A DNA stretch of 48,529 nt from Nitrospinota bacterium. Lineage in GTDB: Bacteria; UBA8248. The translations under genes and the position numbers were made by a program. The stretch lies in assembly GCA_036231405.1 (NCBI GenBank), contig JAZAHK010000023.1:1-48529 (forward strand). The letters are read 5' to 3'. Below, one piece after another: positions 48,086 to 48,529 of the stretch. Under the pieces are notes generated by a model. The model was not told the DNA's origin. It searched no databases and saw only the letters and a program-made list of their open reading frames with translations. Numbering within the stretch: the first letter of the stretch is position 1; each line of letters opens with the position of its first letter.

Positions 48086-48529
48086 ATGGATTTGATGCTC
48101 GATGGGAAAGTAGTGCTCATTTCAGGTGCAAGTAGAGGCATAGGTGCGTCTATAGCAAAAAATCTTTTGTCTGAAGGGTGTAATGTCATTATTGGGGGAA
48201 GAGATTCAGAGAAACTTTCCAATACTTGTAAAGATTTAGAATCGGATGTTCAAGAAGGACGTAAAATCATTTCCTTTCAAGGTGATTTGACTGAAAAAGG
48301 TATCCCTGAAAAATTTATCTCATTTGCGTTAGAGAATTTTAAAAGTCTGGATATTTTGATCAACAATGTGGGTGGTAGTATTTCTGGGGGGATAGAAGAG
48401 ACCACGGATAAAAATTGGGAAGATGCATTTCACTTAAATCTTTATCAGGCGGTAAAGTGTTCGCGTCTTGCAGTTTCTGAAATGAGAAGAGGGAATGGTG
48501 GATCGATTCTGAATGTTGCTTCTATTTAT
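48086..48529 (+). CDS. SDR family oxidoreductase (partial, runs off the window)
   Basis: GGAG SD; manual translation gives MDLMLDGKVVLISGASRGIG...LDILINNVGG...GSILNVAS; absent from the ORF track because it has no stop in the window. Confidence 0.92.
   Translation, partial: MDLMLDGKVVLISGASRGIGASIAKNLLSEGCNVIIGGRDSEKLSNTCKDLESDVQEGRKIISFQGDLTEKGIPEKFISFALENFKSLDILINNVGGSISGGIEETTDKNWEDAFHLNLYQAVKCSRLAVSEMRRGNGGSILNVASIY

Overview
AT-rich bacterial chromosomal segment, densely coding, with about 47 CDS and one tRNA. I found no integrase, transposase, prophage or CRISPR array. Housekeeping genes (HU/IHF, queA, trmJ, korAB, moaB, coaD, aspartate aminotransferase, tyrS, panE, sdhCAB, tRNA-Asn) are interleaved with many orphan catabolic and redox enzymes: two cytoplasmic DMSO-reductase-family molybdoenzymes, two M24 proteins, two amidohydrolases, four SDRs, two VOC proteins, an LLM monooxygenase with its FMN reductase, an IlvD/Edd dehydratase and a divergent acyl-CoA dehydrogenase. 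Four signals are missed by the ORF track. (1) A DsbA/FrnE-like thioredoxin-fold gene at 45209..45892 has an in-frame TGA at the catalytic Cys position (EYH-U-PWAY) followed by a SECIS-like hairpin, so it is a probable selenoprotein. (2) A GC-rich, tRNA-sized multi-stem element at about 18372-18455 sits behind a promoter-like sequence and is a candidate ncRNA. (3) A CMD/AhpD gene ends in C-E-A-TGA, either a 1-nt frameshift or a CxxU motif. (4) A TorD-like chaperone appears to start at ATT. All family assignments come from motif recognition by eye; no database search was run.
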